A program made the translations under genes and the position numbers. Shown piece after piece: positions 1-11,380 of a DNA stretch of 64,000 nt (the first letter of the stretch is position 1; the number at the start of each line of letters is the position of its first letter). The stretch spans positions 256,001-320,000 of the forward strand of contig CBDHDG010000003.1 of NCBI GenBank assembly GCA_965261595.1, in the 5' to 3' direction. The notes beneath the pieces are model-generated. The model did not search any database. It saw only the letters and a list, made by a program, of their open reading frames with translations, and was not told the DNA's origin. The DNA comes from a bacterium. GTDB lineage: Bacteria > UBA8248 > JACPRG01 > G963555815.

Positions 1-1
1 C

Positions 2-1447
2 TCCCGGCTTTCCGAGGACCCCGGACGAAGCGTCCTTCTGCTCGATCGCTCGCCCGACCCGCAGCCGCTTCCGGACCTGGTCGCCGAATCCGCCAAGGTC
101 GGACGGCTCCTTCTGGAGTCTCCCTACATTGAAATGTTTCCCTCGGACCGGTCCATTGACGGGAGCGTGTACTACTCCCTCGCCGGCCGGGTCCTGGGCG
201 GCGGCTCCTCGGTCAATATGATGACGGTCATCCGGGCGATTCCGGCCGACTTCGAGGCTTGGGCCTCGTCCGGCAACCCCGAATGGGCTTGGGACAAGGT
301 GCTTCCCGTCTTCAAGCGGATCGAGGCGGACCAGGATTATCCGGATCACCCCTTCCACGGCAGCGACGGCCCCCTGTATACCAAGCGGCGGGCGACCTCC
401 TTCGACCAGATCACCAGTCCGCTGGAGCGCGCCCAAATGGACGGGGCCGTCGAGCTGGGGCTTCCGCTCATTGAGGACCAGAACCTTCCGAACCCCTGGG
501 GGATCTCCATCACCGCGTACAACGTGAAGGACGGGATGCGGCAGTCCTCCGTGGTCGCTTTTCTGTCGGACGCCCGTTCCCGGCCCAATCTGACCATCAT
601 CGACGAGGCCCTGGTCCATTCGTTGGACATCGAGGGGGACCGGGTCACGGCGGTCCGGTATGAGCGTAAGGGGCAGGTTCAGACGGTTTCGGGCGGTGAG
701 GTCGTTTTGAGCGCGGGGACCTATCACTCTCCGCAAATCCTGATGCTCTCGGGGATCGGCCCGCCCGCGGAGCTTGAGCGCCTCGGCGTCCCGGTCGTTC
801 ATGCGCTGAAGGGCATCGGCGAGAACCACCAGGACCACGCGGTCGTCTTTCTGCAATTCGAGGGCGCGAAAGAGCACATTGAGGACTGGATCACGCCCTG
901 CACCATGATGAACCTGAAGAGCGACCCGAGTCTCGAATACTCGGATTTCCAGGCCATCATCCGTCAGCCCGCCGAGCTGGAAGGGTTGGGGCAGGTGAAC
1001 ACAATCTCCGTTCACCTCATCGAGCAGCGCTCGCGGGGCCGGATCCATCTGAAAAACACCGACCCAACCGCGTTGCCCGGCATCGACCCGCGGATGCTGG
1101 AAGACCCTGCGGACATCGAGGCCATGGTCACCGTCATGCGGTTCATCGATACGCTGGCGAAGACCAAGGCCATGAGCGAGTTTTACGGGCCGCTTTTCCT
1201 GCCGGGTCCGGATGAAGATTGGGCGGAATACGCGCGAAAGACGTATGACAGCTTCCACCACGGCGTCGGCACATGCAAGATGGGCCCGGCGTCCGATGAC
1301 CTCGCCGTTGTGGATGAGCGGCTTCGCGTCCATGGAATGTCCAATCTGTGGGTGGCCGACGCCTCGATCATGCCCGTCATCCCGCACGCCCACACCAATA
1401 ACACTTCGCTGATGATCGGCCAGCGGTTGGCGGATTTCATGAAATAA
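2..1447 (+). CDS. GMC-family oxidoreductase (choline dehydrogenase-like), 5' end outside window
   Basis: Frame open from base 2 (SRLSEDPGRSVLLL); motifs GRVLGGGSSVN, LSAGTYHSPQILMLSGIG, HGVGTCKMG, VVDERLRVHG, VADASIMP. Confidence 0.9.
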   Translation, partial: SRLSEDPGRSVLLLDRSPDPQPLPDLVAESAKVGRLLLESPYIEMFPSDRSIDGSVYYSLAGRVLGGGSSVNMMTVIRAIPADFEAWASSGNPEWAWDKVLPVFKRIEADQDYPDHPFHGSDGPLYTKRRATSFDQITSPLERAQMDGAVELGLPLIEDQNLPNPWGISITAYNVKDGMRQSSVVAFLSDARSRPNLTIIDEALVHSLDIEGDRVTAVRYERKGQVQTVSGGEVVLSAGTYHSPQILMLSGIGPPAELERLGVPVVHALKGIGENHQDHAVVFLQFEGAKEHIEDWITPCTMMNLKSDPSLEYSDFQAIIRQPAELEGLGQVNTISVHLIEQRSRGRIHLKNTDPTALPGIDPRMLEDPADIEAMVTVMRFIDTLAKTKAMSEFYGPLFLPGPDEDWAEYARKTYDSFHHGVGTCKMGPASDDLAVVDERLRVHGMSNLWVADASIMPVIPHAHTNNTSLMIGQRLADFMK

Positions 1448-1708
1448 GAGGGATGTCCGGATTCGCGATGCCCTGCCGAAGGCTGCCACACGGAGCGTCG
1501 CCCGCCGAGGGAATGGAAGAGGCCCCTCAAAGGCTTTTGGCCGATCCGATTGATTCGTGTAAAAACTACGATAGCGAATTAATCACATCAGCGGCAATCG
1601 CCCGGGCTCTTTGCGTGGGGAGAAGCAGGCGTTCTTTCACCATCTTAACATCACCGCCGCCGCCCCTTGATTAATTGGAGGGTGCGTAAATGGCAAAATG
1701 GGATATAT

Positions 1709-3403
1709 CCCGCATTTCCCATATGGATGATAATTTTTAACGCCCCGAAGGCCGTTTTCTCGTGTAAAATCAAGGTGTTGGCCTCTCCCTGCCATCATCT
1801 TGCGAGGGGACCCGATGGGTGAAGCGAAAAAGAGGCCGTTGAGGCTCCAATTCGACGGTCGGCTCAGGCTGGAGTTTCACGGAGCAAAGGTTACGAGTGA
1901 CGCCGGTTTGCTTGCCTATCGTGAACTGGATGAGGTGTTGGGGCTGACGAAGGCGGCCGAGGGGTTTCTGTCCGATTCACGGACGGGCGGGAACACCCGG
2001 CACAGCCTCACCGCTTTGGTGCGCCAGTCGGTCTACAGCCGCCTGGCAGGATATAAAGACACCAATGATGCCGAGCGGCTCTGTGTCGATCCCGCCATGC
2101 GTCAGGTGGTTGGGGGGCGAGCGAAGTATCACACCGCTGCCTCCACCAGCCAGATGAGCCGATTCGAGACGCAGACCCTCACCCGGCCCCTTAACCCCTC
2201 AAGGCGCTGAGCGGTCTGCCCGGTGTGTTGGTGGATCGTGTCCGCAAACGCAAGCCGATTCGCAAGCTGATCCTGGACATGGACAGTTCGGTCAGCCCGA
2301 CCCACGGTGAGCAGGAAGGCTCTTCCTACAACGGCCACTTCGGCTGCACCTGCTATCACCCACTGTTTTGCTTCAACCAGTTTGGCGATCTGGAGCGGGC
2401 GCTGTTGCGCAACGGCAAGGTCCACAGCGCTGATGACTGGTGGTCTGTATTGGAGCCGGTGGTAGCTCGCTACCGGGATGCGAAGGTCTGTCGGTTTTTT
2501 CGAGGCGACGCGGCATTTGCCAAGCCGGAGGTGTACCGATACCTTGAGGCGGAGGGCTACTCCTATGCGATTCGGCTTCCGGCCAACGCCATCTTGTACA
2601 GGGACATCGAATACCTTCTGACCCGGCCGGTTGGCCGACCGCCCAAAAGGCCCATTATCTTCTACCACAGCGTCTCCTATCAGGCGGCTAGTTGGGAGAA
2701 GCCTCGCCGGGTGGTGGTGGCGGTCGAGTGGCACCAGGGCGAGTTGTTTCCAAGAGTCAGCTTCATCGTGACCAACCTGCACTGGCGGGAAGAGAACGTC
2801 GTGAGGTTCTACAACCAGCGTGGGACGGCGGAGCAGTGGATCAAGGAGGGCAAGTACGCCCTGAACTGGACGCGCCTGTCCTGCCACGGCTTTGAAGAGA
2901 ACCAGGTTCGCTTGCAACTATTTGCCTTGGCGTACAACCTGGCAAACTTCCTGCGGCGGCTGGCGTTGCCCAGAGCGGTGAAGCACTGGTCGCTGACGAC
3001 GTTACGCGAGAAGCTGATTAAGATTGGGGCCAAGGTGGTCACCCACGCCCGGCACACCACCTTCCAGATGGCCGAGGTGGCCGTGCCGCGTCAACTGTTC
3101 AGGGCAATCCTTGAACGAATTCGACGGTTGTGGTTACCGCCTCCCGTACCAGATACCGGATGACGGAGCAGATGGCCCGGAAGCTTAGTGACGTGGTGGA
3201 GACGGGGGATCAGTCTGTGCCGAACTCCCCTGAGTGTGCCGGTAGAGCTGGGTTTTCAAGGGATTGCGGCTTTAGGACGGCCGTTGCCCCTCGATTGAGC
3301 AGAGGGTTCTGCAAAGAGACCCTGAATCTGTAGTAAAATGGGGTACTTTGATGACACAGGAGGACCGCAGGATGGCTAAGAGTGGTCATCTGGGAAATCC
3401 CGG
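1709..3403 (+). mobile_element. IS1380-family insertion sequence; transposase (1815-3163) frameshifted near 2195
   Basis: [20 protein letters not shown] and YNQRGTAEQWIKEGK motifs; imperfect terminal IRs cccgcatttcccatatg (1709) and catctgggaaatcccgg (ends 3403). Confidence 0.9.
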
Positions 3404-4012
3404 TTTAAATCAAGACAACTCTTGTATTGACCACCCGTTGCTCTTTAACTCAATTAGAGCCCTCTTTACCGGGGCTGTCAACACCATTTCGGGCGCCTGA
3501 AACCCTGATCGGAGCGGTATCCGCCATTGGAAAACCATGTCAGCGCCGGCGTGTAAACGGGCTTGACCACCAGGTTTGGAGTCTTCGTCATTTTGCCCTT
3601 GTGTGGACTCCGCTTAGGGTCGCTAGACAGGCACCGGGCATCATCGCTTGATTCTCTCCAAGATAAGGGCAAATGTCTTCCTGGATACACCGACCTCGGC
3701 CAACTGGAAGGTGATGTGGCGGGCGTACCGCACGAGCCGGCCGCCCATTTTGAGGAGCTTAAGCTGAAGGCCGCGTAACGACCAGTGCTTGATCCCTCTC
3801 GGCAGGCCAGCAATCCCGCATCCGAAGTCATTCTGGTTCCGTGAAACTCAAGCCTCAGCCGACGCTCAAAACGGACCTTCAACGCCCACTTTTTCGCTTC
3901 ACCCATTGGATTACCCCGCGAGAGGATGGCTCGGGGAGGCTCATGCATTGATTTTACTCCAGAAAATGTCCTCCGGTCCGACAAAAGTTATGATCCATAT
4001 GGGATATCTGGG
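3404..4012 (-). mobile_element. Internally deleted IS1380-family remnant
   Basis: IR cccagatatcccatatgg at 4012; N-terminus [14 protein letters not shown] joined directly to C-terminus LPRGIKHWSL..TFQLAEV; right-end segment shared with 11170-11290. Confidence 0.8.
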
Positions 4013-6053
4013 TCAATCCCGTTTCTGCGAAATATTGTCGAAATGACGACCGGCGATACCGACCCGAATTACTTAACCTCACGGCCATGTTGCATTGGAA
4101 GGAGGGGTCAGACGCGATCACGGTAGGTCAGTTGGACGATATAAATAACTCAATCTGCAATACAGATGGGGCTTCAGCAGACCCAACAAAGTTGATTTGC
4201 CAGCTACTGGTGGAAGAAGCCGAAGTATGTTTGGGCGCACAAGCGGGTATGAACCTTGAGAATAAGATCGTACTCGCTATTGCCATACGAATGGGGAGGG
4301 TGTCCCGAATTCAGTTGAAGGTTTGAGGCGGCGGTCCGTGTGTGGTTCACCTTATGCGACCTCCTCTCGGGTGTCAAAGCGGGGCTCGTCCAGAACGGCC
4401 TTCAGGATCCACAGGTCCCGGTAGCCGTCCAGGCGACGGAAGTTCTTCTCGGTGGCGAGGAAGGCGGAAGCGGCCCACCTTTTCACCATCGCCCCGTCCC
4501 GCCAGCGGCCGACGCGCCGGGTGCGCATCCGCACCCCCGAACAGGGACTCTCGATCAGGTTCGTGCTCACCAGGCAGCGCCGAAGGCCGGGCGGAAGAGC
4601 CAAGCGGTTGACGGTGAAGATCTCCTCCAGACCCTCCAAAAGGCTGGCGGCCGCGTCCGGATGCTCGATCTGAAGCCACCGGGCCTGCTTGCGCAGACGG
4701 GCAATCCCCTCCTTCGGCGCCAGCCGCCAGGCCGCCTTCATCGTCGCCTTCACCGGATCCTTCAACTCCTCGGGCAGGTGGTCCATCACGTTCTTCACCT
4801 TGTGGTTGCGGCACCGCTGCACCGGATTGTCGTCCCCGTACACCCGGTCAATCGCCGCACGAAGCGCCCTCGAGCCGTCGATGACAAAAAGCCGACGCCG
4901 CCCGGGCCGCACGCCGCGCTCCACCAACTCCTCAAGAAGCGCCGTCACGACCGTGGCGTTCTCGGTGGCGCCCGACCTCAGGCCCAGAACGTGCTTTTGG
5001 CCCCGTGTGTCCACCCCAACGGCCACGATGACGTGATGCGCGCCGAAGCGCAGACCGTCCAGGTAGAGGATGAGGAGGTCGATGTCGTCAAAACGCCGCT
5101 CACAAAGACGCCGCAGCTTCGCCTCGGCCGCCTCGATGCTCTCCCGGCTCACGGCCGACTTCGACACCCCCACCGTCTCGGCCAGCTCGGGAAGAACGGC
5201 CGCGTAGTTCCGCGTCGAGACCCCTCGCATCAGCAAATCCAGCATCCGCTCCCCCAGCCCGGGGTCGGCCTGCATGGCCGCATACGCCGGCACCTCCACC
5301 TCCCCGCCCCGACCCTGGCCCCGGCGGCGAAGCCGCGGCTTTCTCACCTTCAGCTTGCGCCCCTTCAGGGTCACCCGGCCCCCCTGGCTGCCGTGCCGGC
5401 GGACCTCGCCACCCCGCTTGCCTGGATGCGGCGCGCCCGTCAAGCCCTTGGCCGACAGCAAAAGCACGGCCTCCAGGCCCGCCCGGCCCATGACGTCCAT
5501 CAGGTCCTCCACCGCCAGTTGGGACTGCTCCACCAGCGACACCAGAGGAAAAAACGCCTGCCCGTGCTCCGCCACAAAGGCGGCCAACCTTTGGGTCTCT
5601 TTCTTCTCGATGATCTGGTAAGCTTCACTCATGGCGGTTCCTCCTCTTTGAATGTTTGCCAACCCGATTCTAACCGAGTCGGCAGGAGTGAACCGCCACC
5701 TCTTTTTCTCAACCTTCAACTATGAATGGGACAGGCTCCGAATGGGAGCGGAACGATTCATGATCGATCGCATTGCCGATCCCGCATTTGTGGCGGAGAT
5801 TACCGCCCACCAAACGCAGATCTTAATCGAGAAATTCGAGAAACTTTTCTGCGACGATCAAGAGACCATAACAACACTGTATCAGGTTGCGCTGATGACG
5901 CCGGAGAATATCCATGTGAACTCTTTTATGTATGAGCCCATTGTTGATATGTCGGATGATCACCTACGCAAGCTGTACCGCAAAATAAAGGCGTTGCATG
6001 GACTATCTCCTTATCTCGTTTTTCTTGGTCAGGTTTTCTCTTTCGGAACATAA
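4013..6053 (+). pseudogene. C-terminal part of a putative ATPase-associated protein, 5'-truncated and split by IS256
   Basis: LENKIVLAIAIRM (before the IS) continues as GAERFMID..TPENIHVNSFMYEPIVDM (after it) across the 8-bp TSD; family assignment is from memory only. Confidence 0.55.
4296..5738 (-). mobile_element. IS256-family insertion sequence with intact transposase (4352-5632)
   Basis: LYLDG, VIDG, QRCRNHK and STNLIES motifs; 28-bp IRs gagggtgtcccgaattcagttgaaggtt / gagcctgtcccattcatagttgaaggtt; TSD CGAATGGG at 4288-4295 and 5739-5746. Confidence 0.95.
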
Positions 6054-6316
6054 CTCGACGCTCGGGTGGGCGTGGTGTCAATACCGCGTCCACCATTTCA
6101 TCGAACTTACCGTAAAGAGGATTTGTTAGTTTCGTCTCGGTGTCTGACTTGGAAGATTTTTCTTCCGCCATATCACCTGGTCAGGTTGGAGTAGGTCAGC
6201 CTTCGACCGAACATGCCAGAGACAATTCGCTCCAAGCAAGCTATCGTGTCACCCTTCATGTCATAGCGTCCCGAGAATTCTGTCAAGTCCAATATTAACC
6301 CAAATATATAAGTCCC
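6000..6316 (-). mobile_element. IS1595-like remnant: element end fused to transposase C-terminus, plus small passenger ORF
   Basis: EFSGRYD..IVSGMFGRRLTYSNLT resembles IS1595 transposase C-termini; end-like gggacttatatat at 6316; left boundary approximate. Confidence 0.5.
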
Positions 6317-6324
6317 AAAAATAT

Positions 6325-6540
6325 CCCCCCGCCAGGTCGGCAAGCCCGCATCCGAAGTGATTCGGCTTTCATGGAGCTCAAGCCTCAGCCGCTGGTCAAA
6401 CCGGACCCGCAAAGCCCCCTTCTTGACTTCACCCATGAGGCTCCTGTGTCGAAATGTGACCCGGGGAGGCTAACGGCTTGTTTTACACCAGATACAAGAA
6501 CCACCTTGGTGAAAACCTACGATCCTCCAGGCAATCCGGG
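6325..6540 (-). mobile_element. IS1380-family left-end remnant
   Basis: [32 protein letters not shown] matches the N-terminus at 1815; IR-like cccggattgcc at 6540. Confidence 0.75.
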
Positions 6541-6595
6541 TATAATCACGCCAATCGGCAATTCACGGCGATCAGTTCCATCTTCAGGGGACAAA

Positions 6596-8047
6596 ATGGG
6601 AAATTCAGGCCTGGAGGACGTTTTCCCCCTGGACGCCACGGCCCAGGCGGACTTGGTGCGGAAAGGGGAGGTCGCTTCCATCGAGCTTGTGGAAGCGGCC
6701 ATCGCCCGCATCGAGCGGCTGAATCCCGCGCTCAACGCGATCGTGACGCCGATGTACGACCTCGCGCGCGAAGCGGCCTCCGGCCCGGTTCCGGAGGGTC
6801 CGTTCGCCGGTGTGCCATTTCTCCTCAAGGACTTCCTCGCGGAGTGCGCCGGGGTCCGCTTCACGGAAGGCTCCGCGTTCCTTAAGGATTTTGTCCCCGA
6901 TGAAGACAGCGAGCTGGTCAAGCGCTTCAAGCGCGCCGGGTTGATCATCGTCGGGAAGACGAACACGCCCGAGTTCGCGATCGGCGCGTCCACGGAGCCG
7001 CGCCTCTTCGGGCCGACCCGAAACCCCTGGAACACGGACCGGACGGCGGGGGGCTCGAGCGGGGGCTCGGCCGCCGCCGTGGCCTCGGGCATGGTCCCCA
7101 TGGCCCACGGAAACGACGCCGGGGGCTCGATCCGCATCCCCGCCTCCTGCTGCGGGGTCTTCGGCCTCAAGCCGACGCGGGCGCGGAACCCGCTGGGGCC
7201 GCGCTACGGCGAGCTTTTCAGCGGGCTGATCGTCGAGCACGCCCTCACGCGGTCCGTCCGGGACAGCGCCGCCCTTCTCGACGCCACGCGTGGCCCGGAT
7301 TTGGGCGACCCGAATGTCGCGCCCCCCCCGGCCCGGCCGTTTCTTCAAGAGGTCGGGGCCGAGCCGGGGCGGCTTCGCGTGGCTTTCACGGCCAAGACCC
7401 CCCTCGGCACAGCGCTTCACCCAGATTGCGAGGCCGCCGTGCGCGACGCCGCGGCCCTTTGCGCGGGGCTTGGTCACGAGGTCGAGGAGGCCGCGCCCTC
7501 CTACGACGCCGAGACGCTCTGGAAGGGTGTGACGACCGTCCTGTCCGCCGGGACGGCCTGGGCGCTGGAGGACTGGAGTCGGAGGACCGGCCGGAAACTT
7601 GCCGCCGAGGACTTCGAGGCCTTCATCTGGGCCTTCGCGGAGAAGGGGAGGGAAGTCAGCGCGCCGGAATACCTTCTGGTCGTTCAGGACCTACAACGGA
7701 TCACGCGCGACATCGCACGGTTCTTCGAGGGGTATGACGTATTTCTCACGCCGACCCTCGGCCGGCCGCCGGTTCCTTTGGGGACGTTCGTCATGCCGGA
7801 AGGCGCTTCGGCGGACGAGGCCGTCGAAGTCCGCCGCCGGACAGCGACGTTCTCGCCCTTCACGTATATCTTCAACGCCACCGGCCAGCCGGCGATGAGC
7901 GTCCCGCTTTATTGGAACGATGAAGGTTTACCCGTGGGGACCCACTTCATCGCGCGTTTCGGCGACGAGGCGTCGCTGTTTAGACTGGCCGCCCAGCTGG
8001 AGGCCGCCCGGCCGTGGACCGACCGGCTCCCGCCGGCATCGGCGTGA
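6596..8047 (+). CDS. Amidase signature family protein
   Basis: [48 protein letters not shown]. Confidence 0.93.
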   Translation: MGNSGLEDVFPLDATAQADLVRKGEVASIELVEAAIARIERLNPALNAIVTPMYDLAREAASGPVPEGPFAGVPFLLKDFLAECAGVRFTEGSAFLKDFVPDEDSELVKRFKRAGLIIVGKTNTPEFAIGASTEPRLFGPTRNPWNTDRTAGGSSGGSAAAVASGMVPMAHGNDAGGSIRIPASCCGVFGLKPTRARNPLGPRYGELFSGLIVEHALTRSVRDSAALLDATRGPDLGDPNVAPPPARPFLQEVGAEPGRLRVAFTAKTPLGTALHPDCEAAVRDAAALCAGLGHEVEEAAPSYDAETLWKGVTTVLSAGTAWALEDWSRRTGRKLAAEDFEAFIWAFAEKGREVSAPEYLLVVQDLQRITRDIARFFEGYDVFLTPTLGRPPVPLGTFVMPEGASADEAVEVRRRTATFSPFTYIFNATGQPAMSVPLYWNDEGLPVGTHFIARFGDEASLFRLAAQLEAARPWTDRLPPASA

Positions 8048-8063
8048 TGCCTTCGTTGGGGGA

Positions 8064-8473
8064 ATCCGCAGATTACACAGATGGAAAAATCAAGACAATG
8101 CTTTTGAAACTTTTTCTATCAGGTTCCGGAATAACGAGCTTGTTCAGGACCGTTGGAGCGATTCGTATGCTCATCCCATCGTGATGACGATTGTTGTAGG
8201 GGAGGGCCGAGGGTTGGTTGACCCTGCGCCCGCCCGAATTTTGCGAGGGGAGGATATACACCCATGGATTGTTTGACCCTTCCATCAATGGCTCATTGAG
8301 CCTCACGGGAGCCCGCAAGGGGCTCCCCTACATCCTGAAAGCGGGGTGTTCTGGAAATCCGTTGTGGCGGCCCCCAGGTTAGGCATTTTTCCTCAACCGT
8401 CTATATCTTTCCATCTGTGTAATCGGTGCAATCGGTGGATAAAACAGTCTTTCCATCCGCGAAATCTGCGGAT
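8064..8473. repeat. Nested inverted repeats including GTAG-type REP-like palindromes
   Basis: gattacacagatggaaa (8071-8087) inverted at 8408-8424; tgtaggggag (8195-8204) inverted at 8323-8332; hairpin gggagcccgcaaggggctccc. Confidence 0.65.
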
Positions 8474-8717
8474 CAAAAAGAGATTCAGGGAGAGGTTGCG
8501 GTAAAGGCACAACGAAAGTCTGGGGACTTTCTCACACCCAGTGGTCCATACTTCGGGGAGCACAGTGCTTTGGCTCCGGGCTTCGGCCACGGCGCAGTCT
8601 CCCTTTATGCCTGCTGAGACGCTTTTCTACGCCTTTGGTTAGTAGGCATAAAACGACCGAACGGTCGGCGTCCCTATTCCCCCGGGCTCTTGACGGCTAC
8701 GGCGAGGCCTCGTGGCG

Positions 8718-10040
8718 TCAGAGCTCGTAGCCCCGTTCGCCGTGGGTCGCGAGATCCAGACCCTGGACCTCGTGTTCCTCGTCGACGCGCAGGCCCACGA
8801 GAGCGTTGACTATCTTGAGAATGATGAAGGTCAGCACCACAGCCCAGACGCCCGTGGCTACCACGCCCACAATTTGAACCCCAAGACCCTTGCCGATTGT
8901 CATGCCTTTGGCCAAGCCAAGGCCACCTAGGTTTTCGGCAGCCAAGAACGCGACCAGAATGATACCCAACGAACCCCCTACCCCATGCACGGCGAGAACG
9001 TCGAGGGAGTCGTCTACCTTGCACTTCTCCCGGATTATATTAACCGCGTAGGAGCAGACGATACCAGCAGCGAAGCCTATGATGATGGCACCGACCGGAC
9101 CCACGAAGCCGGATGCCGGCGTGATTGTCGCTAGGCCCGCGATGGCGCCGGTGACAATACCGACGAGGGTGGGTTTTCCCTGTTTGATCCAATCGACGAA
9201 CATCCAAGTCAGCGAGGCCGTGGCGGCCGCGATGTGGGTCACTGTCATCGCCATGCCCGCGCTGCCGTTGGCGGCCAGGGCGCTGCCAGCGTTGAACCCG
9301 AACCAGCCGACCCAGAGCATGCACGCGCCGGCCATCGTCATGCCCGGGTTGTGCGGTCGTTTGATGTCCGTCGGAAAGCCCTTGCGGTGGCCAAGTTGGA
9401 GCGCGACAACGATCGCCGCCATGCCGGCGCTCACGTGCACGACGAGGCCGCCGGCGAAGTCCCTGACCCCAAGCTTGGCGAGCCAGCCGCCGCTGCTCCA
9501 CACCCAGTGGCAGATCGGCGCGTAAACGATGAGGATCCACAGGGCGGTGAAAAGGAACATGGCGGAGAACTTCATCCTCTCCGGATAGGTGCCGACGATG
9601 AGCGCCGGCGTGATGATCGCGAAGGTCATCTGGAACATGAAGAAGACGGTCTCGGGGATGTTGCCGCTCATGGTGTTGAGACTTACGCCGATGAGAAACG
9701 CCTTGTCGAAACCGCCGATCCACGCGTTGGCGGCGCCTCCGTCGCCGAAGGCGAGGCTGTAACCGACGACGAGCCACAGGACCGAAGCCAGGCAGCAGAT
9801 GGTGAAACAGTGCATCAGGACCGACAGCACATTCTGGGCACGAACGAGGCCGCCATAAAACAGCGCCAGGCCGGGAAGGGTCATGAACAGGACCAGCGCC
9901 GTCGAGGTGAGCAGCCACGCGGTGTTGCCTTCGCTGAGCGTCGACGCACCCTGGGCCACGGCCTGAGACGGCAACAACAGAACGCCAAGCGTCGCGGCGA
10001 TCAGCCCCCAGAAGACGAATTTCAGTTGTGTTTTCGGCAT
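8718..10040 (-). CDS. amtB: Ammonium transporter
   Basis: PGLALFYGGLVR, FQMTFAIITPAL, DFAGGLVVH, WVGWFGFNAGS, DDSLDVLAVHG. Confidence 0.96.
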   Translation of the reverse strand: MPKTQLKFVFWGLIAATLGVLLLPSQAVAQGASTLSEGNTAWLLTSTALVLFMTLPGLALFYGGLVRAQNVLSVLMHCFTICCLASVLWLVVGYSLAFGDGGAANAWIGGFDKAFLIGVSLNTMSGNIPETVFFMFQMTFAIITPALIVGTYPERMKFSAMFLFTALWILIVYAPICHWVWSSGGWLAKLGVRDFAGGLVVHVSAGMAAIVVALQLGHRKGFPTDIKRPHNPGMTMAGACMLWVGWFGFNAGSALAANGSAGMAMTVTHIAAATASLTWMFVDWIKQGKPTLVGIVTGAIAGLATITPASGFVGPVGAIIIGFAAGIVCSYAVNIIREKCKVDDSLDVLAVHGVGGSLGIILVAFLAAENLGGLGLAKGMTIGKGLGVQIVGVVATGVWAVVLTFIILKIVNALVGLRVDEEHEVQGLDLATHGERGYEL

Positions 10041-10122
10041 GTTATTCCCCCCCGCTTCCGCTTGACGGCTCAACGCTCTTACTCCGTACACACAATAAAG
10101 GACGTGAACAATCATCACGTCC

Positions 10123-11060
10123 TCAGCTCTTCGGAGAAATCCTTGAAGCTTCTTTCATCCAACAATGACGAAAGCCCTCCCTATACATTTTCGGGGGAGA
10201 GGTTTTCGTTGATCCCATCTTTGGCCCTTCCTTCAAAAAGGTCCACGCAAAAAGAACGTTTGTGCCGTAATCGGATGCCGCGTCGTTTAATCCGACCTCG
10301 AGCGTCACCTCGGCATAGAACTGCTTTATGAGTTGATACCCGAATCCCGCGTCCACGGAATGGGTGTCCGCGATGTTTCGAGTCGATAGAGCGTTGAAAT
10401 ACTCCACGAACCCACTCAGATTTTCGACGATGGGAAACGCCAAGGTCACGACTGTTGAATATTGGAAGTAACGATTGGAATCCGCTCTTCCGTTGGTTGG
10501 GCCGGCCAAACCGAGATTCAGATAGAGGGTGGTTTCCTTGGGCAAGGGAAGCGCTTCCACGCTCTTCCCAACCCCCCAAGCGGCGATGAAGGTGAAAGAG
10601 GGGTCGAATCCATCACTGGAAACGTTCCCCCCGCCTGTCGGGAAGCTCAAGCCGACCCTGCCCGCGGTGTTTGGAATCCATCCGTTCTCTGAAGTGATCC
10701 CGAACTTACCGAACATGGAAAAGTCACTTCCATCTTCCGTGCTGCTTCCCGGATCGGAATCAATCACGATCAAAGCGTCCCCGGAGAGCTTGATTTCTAG
10801 ATTGGAGATAACTCCCGTAATGAAGGTGGGAGCGGGAAAAGAATGGGTGCTGGTATCCGGGGATGTATCTACCTCCTCTTAGATAAGTGTATCCAACCTC
10901 GAGCTGATAGTTTCCCGGCGCGACGAGCTCAGGACTCACGAATTGCGATGCGAGACGCAGGTCCAGCCATCCAAACGGCCGATGTTAGAAAAACAATCAG
11001 CGCTATCATTGTTCGACTGTAGAACGAGGACCTACCTCCCTGACGCGGACCTTCTTTCAT
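10123..11060 (-). pseudogene. Putative outer-membrane beta-barrel transporter (MetA-pathway/phenol-degradation-like), frameshifted
   Basis: Signal-like TMIALIVFLTSAVW, then SPELVAPGNYQLEVGYTY in another frame, then beta-strand-rich SFPTG..DAGFGYQL; frame changes at about 10850-10960. Confidence 0.6.
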
Positions 11061-11107
11061 CAACTTTCCCTCCCCACATGAAGTTCGGATCAGCCTGCAA
11101 TCTTGAA

Positions 11108-11290
11108 CCGGAATTTTCCATTTCAAATCCGGACGGCCCTGTCTGGACCGCTTTTTACCATCCTGATCCAATTAGACCTCTCTTTACTTGGGCTGTCAAC
11201 CCCATTCGGGTGTCTGAAACCCTGATTGGAGCGGTATCCGCCATTGGAAAACCATGCCACACCGGTGAGTAAACGAGCTTGACCTCCAGG
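11108..11290 (-). mobile_element. IS1380-family right-end remnant
   Basis: High similarity to 3450-3575; ends in IR-like atggaaaattccgg at 11108; cut by an IS3-type end tggaattgacccggttttgtggacacc at 11295. Confidence 0.7.
11171..11199 (-). promoter_or_regulatory. Putative sigma70 promoter inside the IS end, pointing to the barrel gene and amtB
   Basis: TTGACA-17 bp-TCTAAT on the minus strand; the same hexamers and spacing recur at about 3453-3481. Confidence 0.55.
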
Positions 11291-11380
11291 TGATTGGAAT
11301 TGACCCGGTTTTGTGGACACCTGTTGATTTGCGAGAGGCAACAACGGTGAAAGCCGGAGGGATTGGGACAGGTCGTCTTA

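Noticed and set aside
2190..2210. Programmed frameshift in the IS1380 transposase
   Set aside because: IS1380 transposases are normally single ORFs; this looks like a C-run expansion
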